Shown: piece by piece, positions 38,121-47,236 of the stretch
How positions within the stretch are numbered: position 1 is the first letter of the stretch
Layout: each line of letters starts with the position of its first letter
Assembly: GCA_015069265.1 (NCBI GenBank)
Contig: SVIY01000001.1
Span: forward strand, 22,665 to 86,664
Length of the DNA: 64,000 nucleotides
Direction: 5' to 3'
Source: Clostridiales bacterium
GTDB taxonomy: Bacteria > Bacillota > Clostridia > Christensenellales > Borkfalkiaceae
Made by a program: the position numbers and the translations under genes
The notes under the pieces: generated by a model
What the model saw: the letters and a program-made list of their open reading frames with translations, nothing else
The model's database searches: none
Told to the model about the DNA's origin: nothing

Positions 38121-38954
38121 ATGGCACTTCTTTCTATGGAAAACGTCAGTTTTTCCTACGACCAAAAAATTGAAGCGGTAAAAAACGTTTCCCTTTCCGT
38201 CGAGGAGGGGGAATACGTCGCTATTATCGGACATAACGGAAGCGGTAAAAGTACGCTTGCGAAACTGTTCAACGGACTATGTCGCCCGGACGAGGGCACG
38301 GTCACGGTGGACGGCTTTTCTGGTGAGAACAAAAAATCGCTCTTTGAAATGAGAAAACGCGTGGGCGTTGTCTTTCAAAACCCCGACAACCAACTCGTTG
38401 CCTCTATCGTTGAGGACGACGTGGCGTTCGGTCCGGAAAACCTCGGCATCAAAAGAGAGGAAATTGGGGAAAGAATAGATTTTGCTTTATCGTCCGTCGG
38501 CATGTTAGAGTTTAAGAAATCTTCACCGACAAGGCTTTCGGGCGGTCAAAAACAAAGAATTGCAATCGCAGGCGTATTGGCGGTAAAACCCAAGGTTTTA
38601 GTGCTTGACGAATCGACTGCTATGCTCGACCCCAAGGGCAGAAAAGAAGTGCTGTCCGTTGTGGAAAAGTTAAACTCTGAACAAAACGTTACCGTTATCA
38701 ATATCACGCACTATATGGACGAGGTCGTCCGTGCGGACAAGGTTTACGTCATAAACGACGGGGAAATCGTTTTGAGCGGTACACCAAAAGAAATATTTGC
38801 TAAAAAAGAACAATTAAACGCTTTCGGACTAGAGCTTCCGCTAGCCTCTATAGTTGCACAAAAACTAAAAGAGGCAGGGGTTAAGCTTTCCGACGGCATT
38901 TTGACCGAGCAAGAACTCGCGGAGGAATTATGCGCATTGAAACACAAAATTTAA
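38121..38954 (+). CDS. ecfA1: ECF transporter ATPase EcfA1
   Basis: Walker A GHNGSGKST, LSGGQKQRIAIA, VLVLDE. Context is ecfA-ecfA'-ecfT-truA. Confidence 0.9.
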   Translation: MALLSMENVSFSYDQKIEAVKNVSLSVEEGEYVAIIGHNGSGKSTLAKLFNGLCRPDEGTVTVDGFSGENKKSLFEMRKRVGVVFQNPDNQLVASIVEDDVAFGPENLGIKREEIGERIDFALSSVGMLEFKKSSPTRLSGGQKQRIAIAGVLAVKPKVLVLDESTAMLDPKGRKEVLSVVEKLNSEQNVTVINITHYMDEVVRADKVYVINDGEIVLSGTPKEIFAKKEQLNAFGLELPLASIVAQKLKEAGVKLSDGILTEQELAEELCALKHKI

Positions 38955-39802
38955 GTTTTGATTATAGCGAAAAGTCCAAAGCGCTCTCTAACCGCGCCTT
39001 AAACGGCGTTTCGCTAACCATAGAAGAGGGAGAGTTTTTCGGCATAATCGGTCATACGGGAAGCGGAAAAACCACCTTTGTCCAACACCTTAACGGACTG
39101 ATAAAGGTGCAAAAAGAAAAGGGCAAGGTTACAATCGGCGAGTTTAATCTGACTGATAAAAAGTGCGATTTTAAGGCGCTTCGCTCCAAAGTCGGCATGG
39201 TATTCCAGTACCCCGAACACCAACTCTTTGCAGAAACGGTGAGAGAGGACGTTGCGTTCGGACTTCGCAATTTTTATAAGGATATGTCCCCCGAAGAAGA
39301 GGAAAATAGGGTAAGAGATGCGATTGAAATAGTCGGACTCGACTACGAAAAAATAAAGGAAAAATCGCCTTTTGAACTGTCGGGCGGACAAAAGAGGAGG
39401 GTGGCAATAGCAGGAGTTATCGTCACCGAGCCCGAAGTTTTGGTACTCGACGAGCCTGCCGCTGGACTTGACCCCGTCGGCAAGAGGGAGTTTTTAGAAC
39501 TCTTACACCACTTGCACCAAAGGTTTGTAAAAACCATAATTTTAGTTTCGCACGATATGAACGTCGTCTCTGAAAACTGCACTCGCGCAGTGATTTTTTC
39601 GCACGGAAAAATTTGCGCGGAGGGTACGCCTAAAGAGATTTTTTCCGACTATGAAAGATTGGTGGGATTGGGACTTGACCTTCCCGTAACCGCTTATCTT
39701 GAAAGGGCGCTAGACAAAGCGGGACTAAAAATAGACAGCGACTTAACGGTGGACGACTTCGTTCAAAAGGTCGCAACGGAATTTAACGGGGGTGAAAGAT
39801 GA
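38930..39802 (+). CDS. ecfA2: ECF transporter ATPase EcfA2
   Basis: Walker A GHTGSGKTT, LSGGQKRRVAIA. GGAGGA SD. Overlaps ecfA1 by 25 nt. Confidence 0.9.
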   Translation: MRIETQNLSFDYSEKSKALSNRALNGVSLTIEEGEFFGIIGHTGSGKTTFVQHLNGLIKVQKEKGKVTIGEFNLTDKKCDFKALRSKVGMVFQYPEHQLFAETVREDVAFGLRNFYKDMSPEEEENRVRDAIEIVGLDYEKIKEKSPFELSGGQKRRVAIAGVIVTEPEVLVLDEPAAGLDPVGKREFLELLHHLHQRFVKTIILVSHDMNVVSENCTRAVIFSHGKICAEGTPKEIFSDYERLVGLGLDLPVTAYLERALDKAGLKIDSDLTVDDFVQKVATEFNGGER

Positions 39803-40623
39803 AAGACGTAACTTTCGGGCAGTATTTCCCCTCGCATTCGTTCGTTCACAAAATGGACGCAAGAATAAAGATTTTGGCGGTTATCGCATATATGGTTGCA
39901 GTGTTTATGGTGCAATCTTATCAGTTTTTAGGCTTTGCGCTCTGCCTTTTATTCGTAATCGTTGCAACCGCCGTTGCAAGAGTACCCTTTTTTAGAGTGC
40001 TTAAAAGTATTAAAGGAATAATGTTCTTTATCGTGCTATCAGCCGTGTTGCAACTGTTCTTTAATAAGGGCGGTTCGGTGGTTGTAGAATGGAAGTTTAT
40101 AACCATTACCGATAAAGGGCTATTAAACGCAGGTTTTATCATCGCAAGAATTGCTCTCATCGTCCTTGGCGCGTCACTACTGACGCTTACGACCTCTCCC
40201 GTAGAGATTGCAGACGGCATAGAGAGCCTAATGTATCCGCTTAAATGGATAAAGTTCCCCGTGCACGAGTTCGCGCTCATAATGAGCATTGCTCTCCGCT
40301 TTATTCCCACCCTTTTAGACGAAACGGATAGAATCATAAAAGCACAAAAAGCAAGGGGCGCAAACTTCGAGAGCGGAAACGTCTTTAAGCGCGCTAAAGC
40401 GCTTATACCCGTACTTATCCCACTTTTAATATCCTCTTTCCGTCGCGCAGACGAGCTTGCCGACGCTATGGATGCAAGGTGCTATTCGGGTAGTAAAAAC
40501 AGAACTAGATATAAAAAGATGAAACTTTCTTGGCGCGACCTTATTGGAACGCTTATTATAGGCGGTGTGATTACAGGCGTCGTTCTATTAAACAATACGG
40601 GATTTTTAGCGGTGGTAATATGA
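39799..40623 (+). CDS. ecfT: ECF transporter transmembrane component EcfT
   Basis: CbiQ/EcfT family with a conserved ARG..F motif region (IIKAQKARGANFESG). Confidence 0.9.
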   Translation: MKDVTFGQYFPSHSFVHKMDARIKILAVIAYMVAVFMVQSYQFLGFALCLLFVIVATAVARVPFFRVLKSIKGIMFFIVLSAVLQLFFNKGGSVVVEWKFITITDKGLLNAGFIIARIALIVLGASLLTLTTSPVEIADGIESLMYPLKWIKFPVHEFALIMSIALRFIPTLLDETDRIIKAQKARGANFESGNVFKRAKALIPVLIPLLISSFRRADELADAMDARCYSGSKNRTRYKKMKLSWRDLIGTLIIGGVITGVVLLNNTGFLAVVI

Positions 40624-41351
40624 GAGTAAAACTAACGCTATCGTATGACGGAACAAACTACTGCGGTTGGCAAGTTCAACCTAACGGAATTACCGTGCAA
40701 GAGACGGTAGAGAAAGCAGTAGAGGCGGTAACGGGCGAAAAGGTAAGAGTAACGGGAAGCGGAAGAACGGACGCAGGTGTACACGCAGAGGGGCAAGTCG
40801 CCCACTTTGACACCAAAAGTTCCGTCCCTGCCGATAAATTTTTCAAGGCACTTAACGTGCATCTCCCAAACGACGTTAAAGTTCTTTGTAGCGAGGAGGC
40901 GGAGCAAACTTTCCACGCGTGTAATTCGGCAAAGAGAAAAACGTACGAGTATAGCCTTTACTATGCGCAAACAGAGTTGCCACTTAAAGAGCGGTATGCG
41001 GTAAAACTTGATAGAAAACCCGATATTGATAAAATTAAAGAGTGCGCAAAGACCTTTTTGGGCGAGCACGATTTTAAGGCGTTTTGCGCGTCGGGTAGTG
41101 GTGCAAAGACGACAAGAAGAACCATATATGATTTATCAGTAGAAGAACGTGACGGACAAATAACGATAGCGGTTACCGGCAACGGCTTTTTATATAATAT
41201 GGTGAGAATTATGGTCGGTGCGCTCTTGTCGGTAGGAAACGGCGAGATAGAGATAAGCGACGTACAAAAAATGCTAGAGTTAGGCGAGAGACAAAAGAAC
41301 GTAAGGACTCTCCCTGCCAAAGCCCTTTGCCTAAAAAAAGTTGAATATTAA
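40620..41351 (+). CDS. truA: tRNA pseudouridine38-40 synthase TruA
   Basis: MRVKLTLSYDGTNYCGWQ...GSGRTDAGVHA catalytic Asp motif. ATGA overlap with the ecfT stop. The longer track ORF from 40530 is rejected. Confidence 0.93.
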   Translation: MRVKLTLSYDGTNYCGWQVQPNGITVQETVEKAVEAVTGEKVRVTGSGRTDAGVHAEGQVAHFDTKSSVPADKFFKALNVHLPNDVKVLCSEEAEQTFHACNSAKRKTYEYSLYYAQTELPLKERYAVKLDRKPDIDKIKECAKTFLGEHDFKAFCASGSGAKTTRRTIYDLSVEERDGQITIAVTGNGFLYNMVRIMVGALLSVGNGEIEISDVQKMLELGERQKNVRTLPAKALCLKKVEY

Positions 41352-41459
41352 AATAGTTGAAAAAATTTCGGTGGGCACAAGATATTGTGTTTGCCGATTT
41401 TTTTTTGGGGAAATTAATGAAAAATATTGAAAAAACAGTGTAAAATGGGGCAAAAACGC

Positions 41460-41615
41460 TTGACTTAAAACGTAAAATTGTTTAATATTAATAGGCATTT
41501 ATAAGGCAAAGTTCGTTCTTTTAGGGATTAGCCCTCCCGATATCACCCGTAGTCGTGTTAAGGTGATGAACAAAAGCCAAAATTTTACTAATTAAAAAAT
41601 TAAGGAGATTTCACA
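41460..41615 (+). promoter_or_regulatory. rplM promoter (TTGACT-N17-TAATAT) and a structured ~120-nt 5' leader, possibly an L13 autoregulatory leader
   Basis: Promoter hexamers at 41460-41465 and 41483-41488. The leader contains the ATCACC...GGTGAT and AGGG...CCCT hairpins. The L13-leader assignment is unverified. Confidence 0.35.
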
Positions 41616-42047
41616 ATGAAAACTTATATGGCTCACGCAAACAACGTGGACAGAAAGTGGTACGTTGTAGACGCTGAAGGCGTTGTTTTAGGAAGACTTG
41701 CTTCCAAAGTAGCTGCTATTCTTCGCGGTAAGAACAAACCCACCTTTACCCCCAACGTTGATACGGGCGATTTCGTTATCATCGTCAACTGCGACAAGGT
41801 AGTTTTGACGGGTAAAAAACTCGAAAAGAAATATTACAGATATCACACTGGTCACATTGGCGGACTCAAGTCCATCCAATACAAGACCCTTATGGAAAAC
41901 AAGGCAGACGTTGCTGTTTACGAAGCTGTTAAAGGCATGCTTCCCAAGAACAGTTTAGGTCGTCAAATGCTCACCAAGCTCAAGGTTTATAGAGGCGCTG
42001 AACACAATCATCAAGCTCAAAAACCCGAAGCTATCAAATTGGTGTAA
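41616..42047 (+). CDS. rplM: 50S ribosomal protein L13
   Basis: [20 protein letters not shown]... canonical L13. Confidence 0.97.
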   Translation: MKTYMAHANNVDRKWYVVDAEGVVLGRLASKVAAILRGKNKPTFTPNVDTGDFVIIVNCDKVVLTGKKLEKKYYRYHTGHIGGLKSIQYKTLMENKADVAVYEAVKGMLPKNSLGRQMLTKLKVYRGAEHNHQAQKPEAIKLV

Positions 42048-42059
42048 TGAGGTGTAATT

Positions 42060-42473
42060 ATGGCAAAAGCAACAAGTAAGAAAAAAGTTCAATACTGGGG
42101 AACAGGTAGAAGAAAGAAAGCTATCGCACGTGTTCGTCTTATCCCCGCAGGTGACGGAACTATCACCATCAACAGCAAGAGCCTTGACCAATATTTCGGT
42201 CTTGACACCTTGAAATTCATCGTTCGTCAACCCCTCGTTCTCGTAGACGCAGTGGCAAAATACGACGTTGCAGTTAACGTTTGTGGCGGTGGCTACACCG
42301 GACAAGCAGGTGCAATCAGACACGGTATCGCTCGCGCACTTTTGCAAGCAGAACCCGAAACCAGAGCAGCTCTTAAGAAAGCAGGCTTCTTAACCAGAGA
42401 TTCCAGAATGAAGGAAAGAAAGAAGTACGGCTTGAAGAAGGCACGTCGTGCTCCGCAATTCAGCAAGAGATAA
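42060..42473 (+). CDS. rpsI: 30S ribosomal protein S9
   Basis: C-terminal ...[12 protein letters not shown], canonical S9. Confidence 0.97.
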   Translation: MAKATSKKKVQYWGTGRRKKAIARVRLIPAGDGTITINSKSLDQYFGLDTLKFIVRQPLVLVDAVAKYDVAVNVCGGGYTGQAGAIRHGIARALLQAEPETRAALKKAGFLTRDSRMKERKKYGLKKARRAPQFSKR

Positions 42474-42476
42474 TTT

Positions 42477-42997
42477 GTTTCAAACGAACAAACAAAATCG
42501 CCAGAATTTTCTGGCGATTTTTTTGTTCTGCATTATATACGGCGCAATACTGCGTTACTGCTTTGTGTTTTGACTTCGATAGCCAACAAGGCTTATCTTA
42601 TCCAAAACACATCGCGAGCCTTGTCTTGCTTGTATCTAATGCTTGAAACTTTTCAAACAAATCAAAAGCATTGGATTTTTCCAATGCTTTTTCTTTTCCT
42701 TTATATGCGTCGTTTGGGTTCGTTTACTGCCCTTCGCAAAAAACTTCGATGAACAGACGTTCTATCTCATCTTTTTGCTTGGTCGAGCCTTCCCAAACTC
42801 GCATCTAAAGGTTGAAACCTTTTAAACGAACAAACAAAAGACTCCCAAAAAGTATCGAAGAACTTTTTGGGAAGAGGAGGGGCAATGTGGCAAGTCATAC
42901 ACTTTTTAAAAAGTGTAGACGGCAACATTTGTTCCGACGAGCTCGCGCCTAGTCCTTGAAACTGTTCAAACAAACAAAAAGCAAGGAAATTCCTTGC
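42477..42997. repeat. four dispersed copies of a conserved ~25-nt motif (TTGAAAC-N-TTYAAAC(G)AACAAACAAAA), each abutting a different stem-loop
   Basis: Motif copies end at about 42496, 42667, 42840 and 42980. Hairpins are at 42498-42517, 42668-42687, 42842-42874 and 42981-42997. Confidence 0.55.
42497..42526 (+). terminator. rpsI terminator
   Basis: TCGCCAG-N6-CTGGCGA hairpin followed by T8. Confidence 0.85.
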
Positions 42998-42999
42998 TT

Positions 43000-43263
43000 T
43001 TAATTTTTTATATTTGTCATAGATAATAATTGAAATTTAAGTTTAAGATATTCTTCGCTAAAAAATAAATCTTCACCGATAACAGAAATGATAATTTCTT
43101 TATCTTCGTTCAAAAACGTTGATAGAAACAAATTGAAAAGATAGTCGTCTTCAAACAAAAGGCTTTGCGCTTCCTTTGGTACGGTGGCAAAAACCGAAGA
43201 TTCCAAATTATTGTTTTTTAAGTAGTCGATAAGTTTTTCTTTTATCCTCGTGCGTATATCCAT
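43000..43263 (-). CDS. hypothetical protein (87 aa)
   Basis: The ATG at 43263 lies behind an AGGAGA SD. The track's upstream extension to 43308 would run through a strong hairpin. No family recognised. Confidence 0.5.
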   Translation of the reverse strand: MDIRTRIKEKLIDYLKNNNLESSVFATVPKEAQSLLFEDDYLFNLFLSTFLNEDKEIIISVIGEDLFFSEEYLKLKFQLLSMTNIKN

Positions 43264-43273
43264 AATTTCTCCT

Positions 43274-43308
43274 AAAAATAAAAAGTGCGCCAACCGAAGT
43301 CGACGCAC
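43274..43308 (-). terminator. leader terminator/attenuator hairpin with a UUCG loop immediately upstream of the SD of the 87-aa ORF
   Basis: Minus-strand RNA GUGCGUCGAC-UUCG-GUUGGCGCAC (10 bp including G-U pairs) followed by UUUUUAUUUUU. Confidence 0.5.
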
Positions 43309-43560
43309 AAAAAACGCAAACCCCGATTGTTGTCACACAAACTTAATTAGAAGAGAAAGGAGTTTCCACATTCCAACTGCAGAGATTTGCGTTTTTAACA
43401 AACACAAAAGTTAGAATGTGAAAAAAAGGCAAAATTTTCCCTTTATTAAAAAAGAAACAACTTCACTTCTAAATATTGAGTTTGTGTGACACGTTTAGTA
43501 TAACATATAAAAAAATTTTTATCAACTATATTTTAAAATTAGATATGTTTGAAAGGGGAG

Positions 43561-43589
43561 TAGACAAAGCAAATAGAATTTTATATAAT
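43561..43589 (+). promoter_or_regulatory. promoter TAGACA-N17-TATAAT placed 6 nt before the XRE ATG (leaderless mRNA candidate)
   Basis: Hexamers at 43561-43566 and 43584-43589. No SD before the ATG at 43596. Confidence 0.45.
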
Positions 43590-43595
43590 ATAATT

Positions 43596-43793
43596 ATGGA
43601 TAAGATATTTTGTGAAAACTTAAAGAGTGCAAGAAAGGGTGTGGGGTTTACCCAAAAGCAAGTTGCCGAAAAACTTGGAGTAGTAGAAAGTTGCTATGCT
43701 AACTGGGAACAGGGAAGAACCGAGCCAAACGTTGATATGTTGAGAAAACTTGCGGAAATATTTGATATTTCTATTGACGAGTTGATAAAATAA
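43596..43793 (+). CDS. XRE family HTH transcriptional regulator (65 aa)
   Basis: HTH_3 sequence (LKSARKGVGFTQKQVAEKLGVVESCYANWEQG). The start is chosen at the M that begins the domain. The upstream part of the track ORF is AT-rich with no SD. Confidence 0.7.
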   Translation: MDKIFCENLKSARKGVGFTQKQVAEKLGVVESCYANWEQGRTEPNVDMLRKLAEIFDISIDELIK

Positions 43794-43794
43794 T

Positions 43795-43829
43795 AAAAAA
43801 GTCATCACTTTTTGTGATGACTTTTTTTC
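43795..43829. terminator. bidirectional terminator
   Basis: AGTCATCAC-TTTTT-GTGATGACT hairpin with an A-run and a T-run. Confidence 0.8.
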
Positions 43830-43830
43830 T

Positions 43831-44145
43831 TTACTCTTTATAAAAAACTTCGGTTAAATCGTCGTAGTATTTTCCCTCTTCGTGATGCAAAAAGCAAGGT
43901 TTTGAGTATATCCACCAACGGTGCATTACGGGGGAAGAATCGAGGTCTGCCATATCCGCTTCATAATCTTTTCCCGTATACTCGTAAAAGGTGAACACCT
44001 TATTACCTAGCATAGAGATAGAATAGTTATGGATATGATGCTTGTCCAAAACTTCTATAAGTTCTGGCCACGGATTTTCGTGAAGTTTTATATAATCGTC
44101 GACCTTTTCCGCTTTTAGTTCGGAATACATTATAATTCTTTTCAT
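43831..44145 (-). CDS. L-rhamnose mutarotase family protein (RhaM/YiiL-like)
   Basis: Collinear with E. coli YiiL (Y..HENPWPEL..VL..H.IHNYSI...RWW.Y...C). Confidence 0.8.
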   Translation of the reverse strand: MKRIIMYSELKAEKVDDYIKLHENPWPELIEVLDKHHIHNYSISMLGNKVFTFYEYTGKDYEADMADLDSSPVMHRWWIYSKPCFLHHEEGKYYDDLTEVFYKE

Positions 44146-44150
44146 TTTAA

Positions 44151-44519
44151 CTATTTAGCGCAGTAACCCGTAGAATAATAGCCGAGGTTTTGACGGCGGT
44201 CAAGTCTGCCGTAGCTTGCGCAAATTTCGATGTCGCTAACGAGTTCAACAGAATATTGACCGAAAGGAATTTGGTAGTTTTCTTCACAGATAGGAAGGTC
44301 CATTCTAACGCAGATAACTCTCTCTGCAGGAACAACGAGGTGCAAATTCTTTACGGGTGCTTTATCGGAAAAGTAGATATTTACGATAACGTTTGCATCA
44401 ACAGGTTGGTTGTTAGTAATCATCATTGCTTCGTGACCGGGAAGATTAGGGTCGTCGCCGTTTCCGGGGAGGTCGCCGTCTATAAACATATAATGTTTGT
44501 AACCGATTTTTTCGCTCAT
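44151..44519 (-). CDS. ASRT (sensory rhodopsin transducer) family beta-sandwich protein
   Basis: From memory, resembles Anabaena ASRT (NIYFSDKAPV ~ ITIYYSDKEPV; LVVPAERV..VRMDL ~ LTVPARRTKHVRFNDL; GRLDRRQ ~ TRLDSRQ). Confidence 0.6.
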   Translation of the reverse strand: MSEKIGYKHYMFIDGDLPGNGDDPNLPGHEAMMITNNQPVDANVIVNIYFSDKAPVKNLHLVVPAERVICVRMDLPICEENYQIPFGQYSVELVSDIEICASYGRLDRRQNLGYYSTGYCAK

Positions 44520-44545
44520 TTTAGTTTTCTCCTTTTAACTATATA

Positions 44546-45718
44546 TTAAAGGTCTTTCATAAAGTAGTCGTCCATTTTCTTGGAAAGCGGTCTGCAACCC
44601 GTTTCGGTGATAACGTAACCCGTCTCGATACGTCCGCCGTGTAGGTCGGGGTGACCGAAGAAGCTTACGTCAACCATAACGGTCATTCCGGGAACGAGAA
44701 CGAAGTCGCCGTTAGGCCCAAAGAAGGGAGCTTCTGCTTCCATAAGACCGATAGAGTGAGCAAACGGGCAAACGAGGTAGTCTTTTAGTCCGTGTTTTTC
44801 GTAGTAAAGTCTACCGGGAACGTCGATTTCTCTACCTGTCATACCGGGCTTTAACATAGCTTTGGTAAGACGCATGGTTTCTCTCATATGGTTTAAGAGG
44901 TCTTTTTGCTTTTGGGTATAAACGCCGTTAACGGGAATAGTGTCGCCAAAAGTACCTGCATAGCCGTTAAATCTAGGTGCAATACCAATCATAACGAGTT
45001 CGCCGTCCACCATTTTCTTGTTGGTAGCGGTGGGAACGACTGCTTTTGCGCGTTCGCCAGAGCCAACGATTGTGGAATATGCAAAGCTTGTTGCACCGTT
45101 TGCACGGCAGATTGCTTCACCAGCGGCTGCAACTTCAAACTCAAACGCGTTGGGTTTAATTGCTGCAAGCATTTTATCGTATGCCATATCGCAAAGAGCG
45201 GTTGCTTGTTGAATTTGGTCAACTTCCCAAGCGCTCTTATATGCGCGGAGTTTTTCGTATTCGTCGGTGATGTCAACCATTTCCACACCCTCAAAGCCTG
45301 CAACGAAGTCGTTGTACACTTGGTGGGGGATAGTTGCCGTTCCGACAAAGCCGATTTTCTTTAATACCGTGCCTTCTCTCTTCAACTCTTCGTCGAGTTG
45401 CTTAAAGTTCATTATGGTTGCGTTGGGGTATTCCTCATCGGGAACCATAAATACGGGGAAGCATCTAACCTTGGTGATTGCAGAGTTCATCTTTGCAAAG
45501 GGTTCAGATTCGGGTCCGCCGAGAAGAACGGGTTCGCCCTCAACGGGAATTAAAACCGAGCCCTTTTCAAACTGACCGCACCAACCGGTGAGATACCAGC
45601 CGTTTGCAACGTTTAGTTCGTCAAAGTAAACGAGTGCAGCGTCAAGACCTTTTGCTCTCAAAATTTCTTTGACTTGTTTGATTCTTTTTTCTGTTTCTTG
45701 CATGTTGTAGTAAGCCAT
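44546..45718 (-). CDS. M24 family metallopeptidase (Xaa-Pro peptidase/creatinase-like)
   Basis: Creatinase-like N-domain plus a pita-bread C-domain (HSIGLMEAEAPF..., PGMTVMVD). Confidence 0.85.
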   Translation of the reverse strand: MAYYNMQETEKRIKQVKEILRAKGLDAALVYFDELNVANGWYLTGWCGQFEKGSVLIPVEGEPVLLGGPESEPFAKMNSAITKVRCFPVFMVPDEEYPNATIMNFKQLDEELKREGTVLKKIGFVGTATIPHQVYNDFVAGFEGVEMVDITDEYEKLRAYKSAWEVDQIQQATALCDMAYDKMLAAIKPNAFEFEVAAAGEAICRANGATSFAYSTIVGSGERAKAVVPTATNKKMVDGELVMIGIAPRFNGYAGTFGDTIPVNGVYTQKQKDLLNHMRETMRLTKAMLKPGMTGREIDVPGRLYYEKHGLKDYLVCPFAHSIGLMEAEAPFFGPNGDFVLVPGMTVMVDVSFFGHPDLHGGRIETGYVITETGCRPLSKKMDDYFMKDL

Positions 45719-45747
45719 AATATAGCCTCCTTAAAAAATTTTCAAAT

Positions 45748-47157
45748 TTATCTAAAATCGTCGTCTAACGGGAACATTGGACGGCGGATTTTTTTCATGT
45801 GCATATCTTCAAGCCTTTCGGTTGAACTCCCCGGGGTAAACGCCAAAATTGCACGCTTTGCAACCTTTGCAAGTTCGGGGAATAGATATCCGAGTTTAAC
45901 CACCACTATCTTAAAGGTAGAAAAATCTAGGTCAATCGATTCAAATATATCGGGACGGCACATAGACGCGCGGTTTTTAGTAATTACCACCGTCATATCA
46001 CCGCAGTCGAGGGTTGCCGACTCGCCCGCATCCCCTCCCGTATAGGATAAAATGTTGCCTTTATGGATAAGTTTACCGGTAATCGTTGCGCTTTCGCTAT
46101 TTTTATCAAGACTACCGCCAACCGTTAGGGTTAAAGTGTCGCCTATATTTGCCTTATAACACTCCTTGCACGCTTTTTCGTCCGCAATGCCTGCAATCAG
46201 CACGTTTTTCGCGCCCGATTTTACTATGCGGTTTAGCATAAACGCATTGTCGCCTGCCGCACCTGCGGTGGTGTTGTCGCCAGAGTCGGAGAGGAAAACT
46301 TGTTCACTGTCCGCGATTGCTCTTTCGATTGCCTCTTCGGGTGCAACCGCTTCTACTAAAAACTTAAAGTCGTGGCGCACCTCGTAGTATTTATCGGCAA
46401 GTTTTTTTGCACACTTTCTTGCAATTTCCGTGTCGCTTTCGTGTGTAACTACAAAGTTTGGACCCATATAATCTTCGTCTATCCACGGTTGACCGTTGAA
46501 AACTTGAACGCCAAGTATTCCCGAAACGGTTCTTTCCATTTCTTCCGCCATTTCCATAATGCTCTTTAACGGCTCCAAGTCCGTTTGAACAGCGTCACCG
46601 CAAATAACGACGTTTGCTCTCTCGACTACGGGAGTGGGCATTATCCCTTTTCTTAAACAATATAATAATTTCTCTGCCGCGCGGAGTTGGGTTGCCGTAT
46701 GGTCGCGGTGGGGAGCAGTTCTAAAACCTGTTATAAAGTTAACCATTGAAACAAGCTTGTCCGTATTGTTCGCGTGAAAGTCAAGCGCTAAAGATATGGG
46801 GATATCTTTACCGACCTTATCCCTTACCATTTGAACAAGGTATTCGTCGCCCGAACCGATTTTTTCCACGTACATAGAGCCGTGAAGGTATAGCCACACT
46901 CCGTCCACGTCGTCGGGGATAGCGGAAACAAGTTCTGTTGCTAGCGACATAAAATCGTCAAAAGCAACCGCACCGCCGGGGAGTGCGTGCGCATAGATAG
47001 TCGGCACGATTTCTACACCCTCTTTTTCCAGGTAATCGGTCACCTTTATTTTTGTGTACATATCCTTTCCTTTAGCGTAGTCAAAGTCAGCCCTATAAGT
47101 TGGGATAGGTGTTAAACTGTTGCCTTCACACTGCATTGAACCAATAGCGATTTTCAT
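45748..47157 (-). CDS. M81 (MlrC-like) family metallopeptidase
   Basis: MKIAIGSMQCEGNSLTP start, typical of the MlrC N-domain. The ATG at 47157 follows an AGGAGA SD. The track extension to 47235 is rejected. Confidence 0.65.
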   Translation of the reverse strand: MKIAIGSMQCEGNSLTPIPTYRADFDYAKGKDMYTKIKVTDYLEKEGVEIVPTIYAHALPGGAVAFDDFMSLATELVSAIPDDVDGVWLYLHGSMYVEKIGSGDEYLVQMVRDKVGKDIPISLALDFHANNTDKLVSMVNFITGFRTAPHRDHTATQLRAAEKLLYCLRKGIMPTPVVERANVVICGDAVQTDLEPLKSIMEMAEEMERTVSGILGVQVFNGQPWIDEDYMGPNFVVTHESDTEIARKCAKKLADKYYEVRHDFKFLVEAVAPEEAIERAIADSEQVFLSDSGDNTTAGAAGDNAFMLNRIVKSGAKNVLIAGIADEKACKECYKANIGDTLTLTVGGSLDKNSESATITGKLIHKGNILSYTGGDAGESATLDCGDMTVVITKNRASMCRPDIFESIDLDFSTFKIVVVKLGYLFPELAKVAKRAILAFTPGSSTERLEDMHMKKIRRPMFPLDDDFR

Positions 47158-47236
47158 TAGGTTTCTCCTATATTGCAAACGTTTGCAAAAAATTAAAAAT
47201 ATTAAACCAAAACGGTTTTGTTTTGGCTTAATCAAA

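Noticed and set aside
38043-38234. 63-aa minus-strand ORF spanning the ecfA1 start region
   Set aside because: It overlaps the ecfA1 promoter, SD and 5' end in antisense, and has no SD.
40530-40619. Upstream extension of truA given in the track (start 40530)
   Set aside because: It would overlap ecfT by 94 nt. The conserved TruA N-terminus (MRVKLTLSYDG) starts at 40620 with an ATGA overlap.
42570-42973. Track ORFs 42570-42752 (+), 42643-42825 (+) and 42767-42973 (-)
   Set aside because: They have no SD, they run across the terminator-like hairpins and repeat motifs, and their composition is not protein-like.
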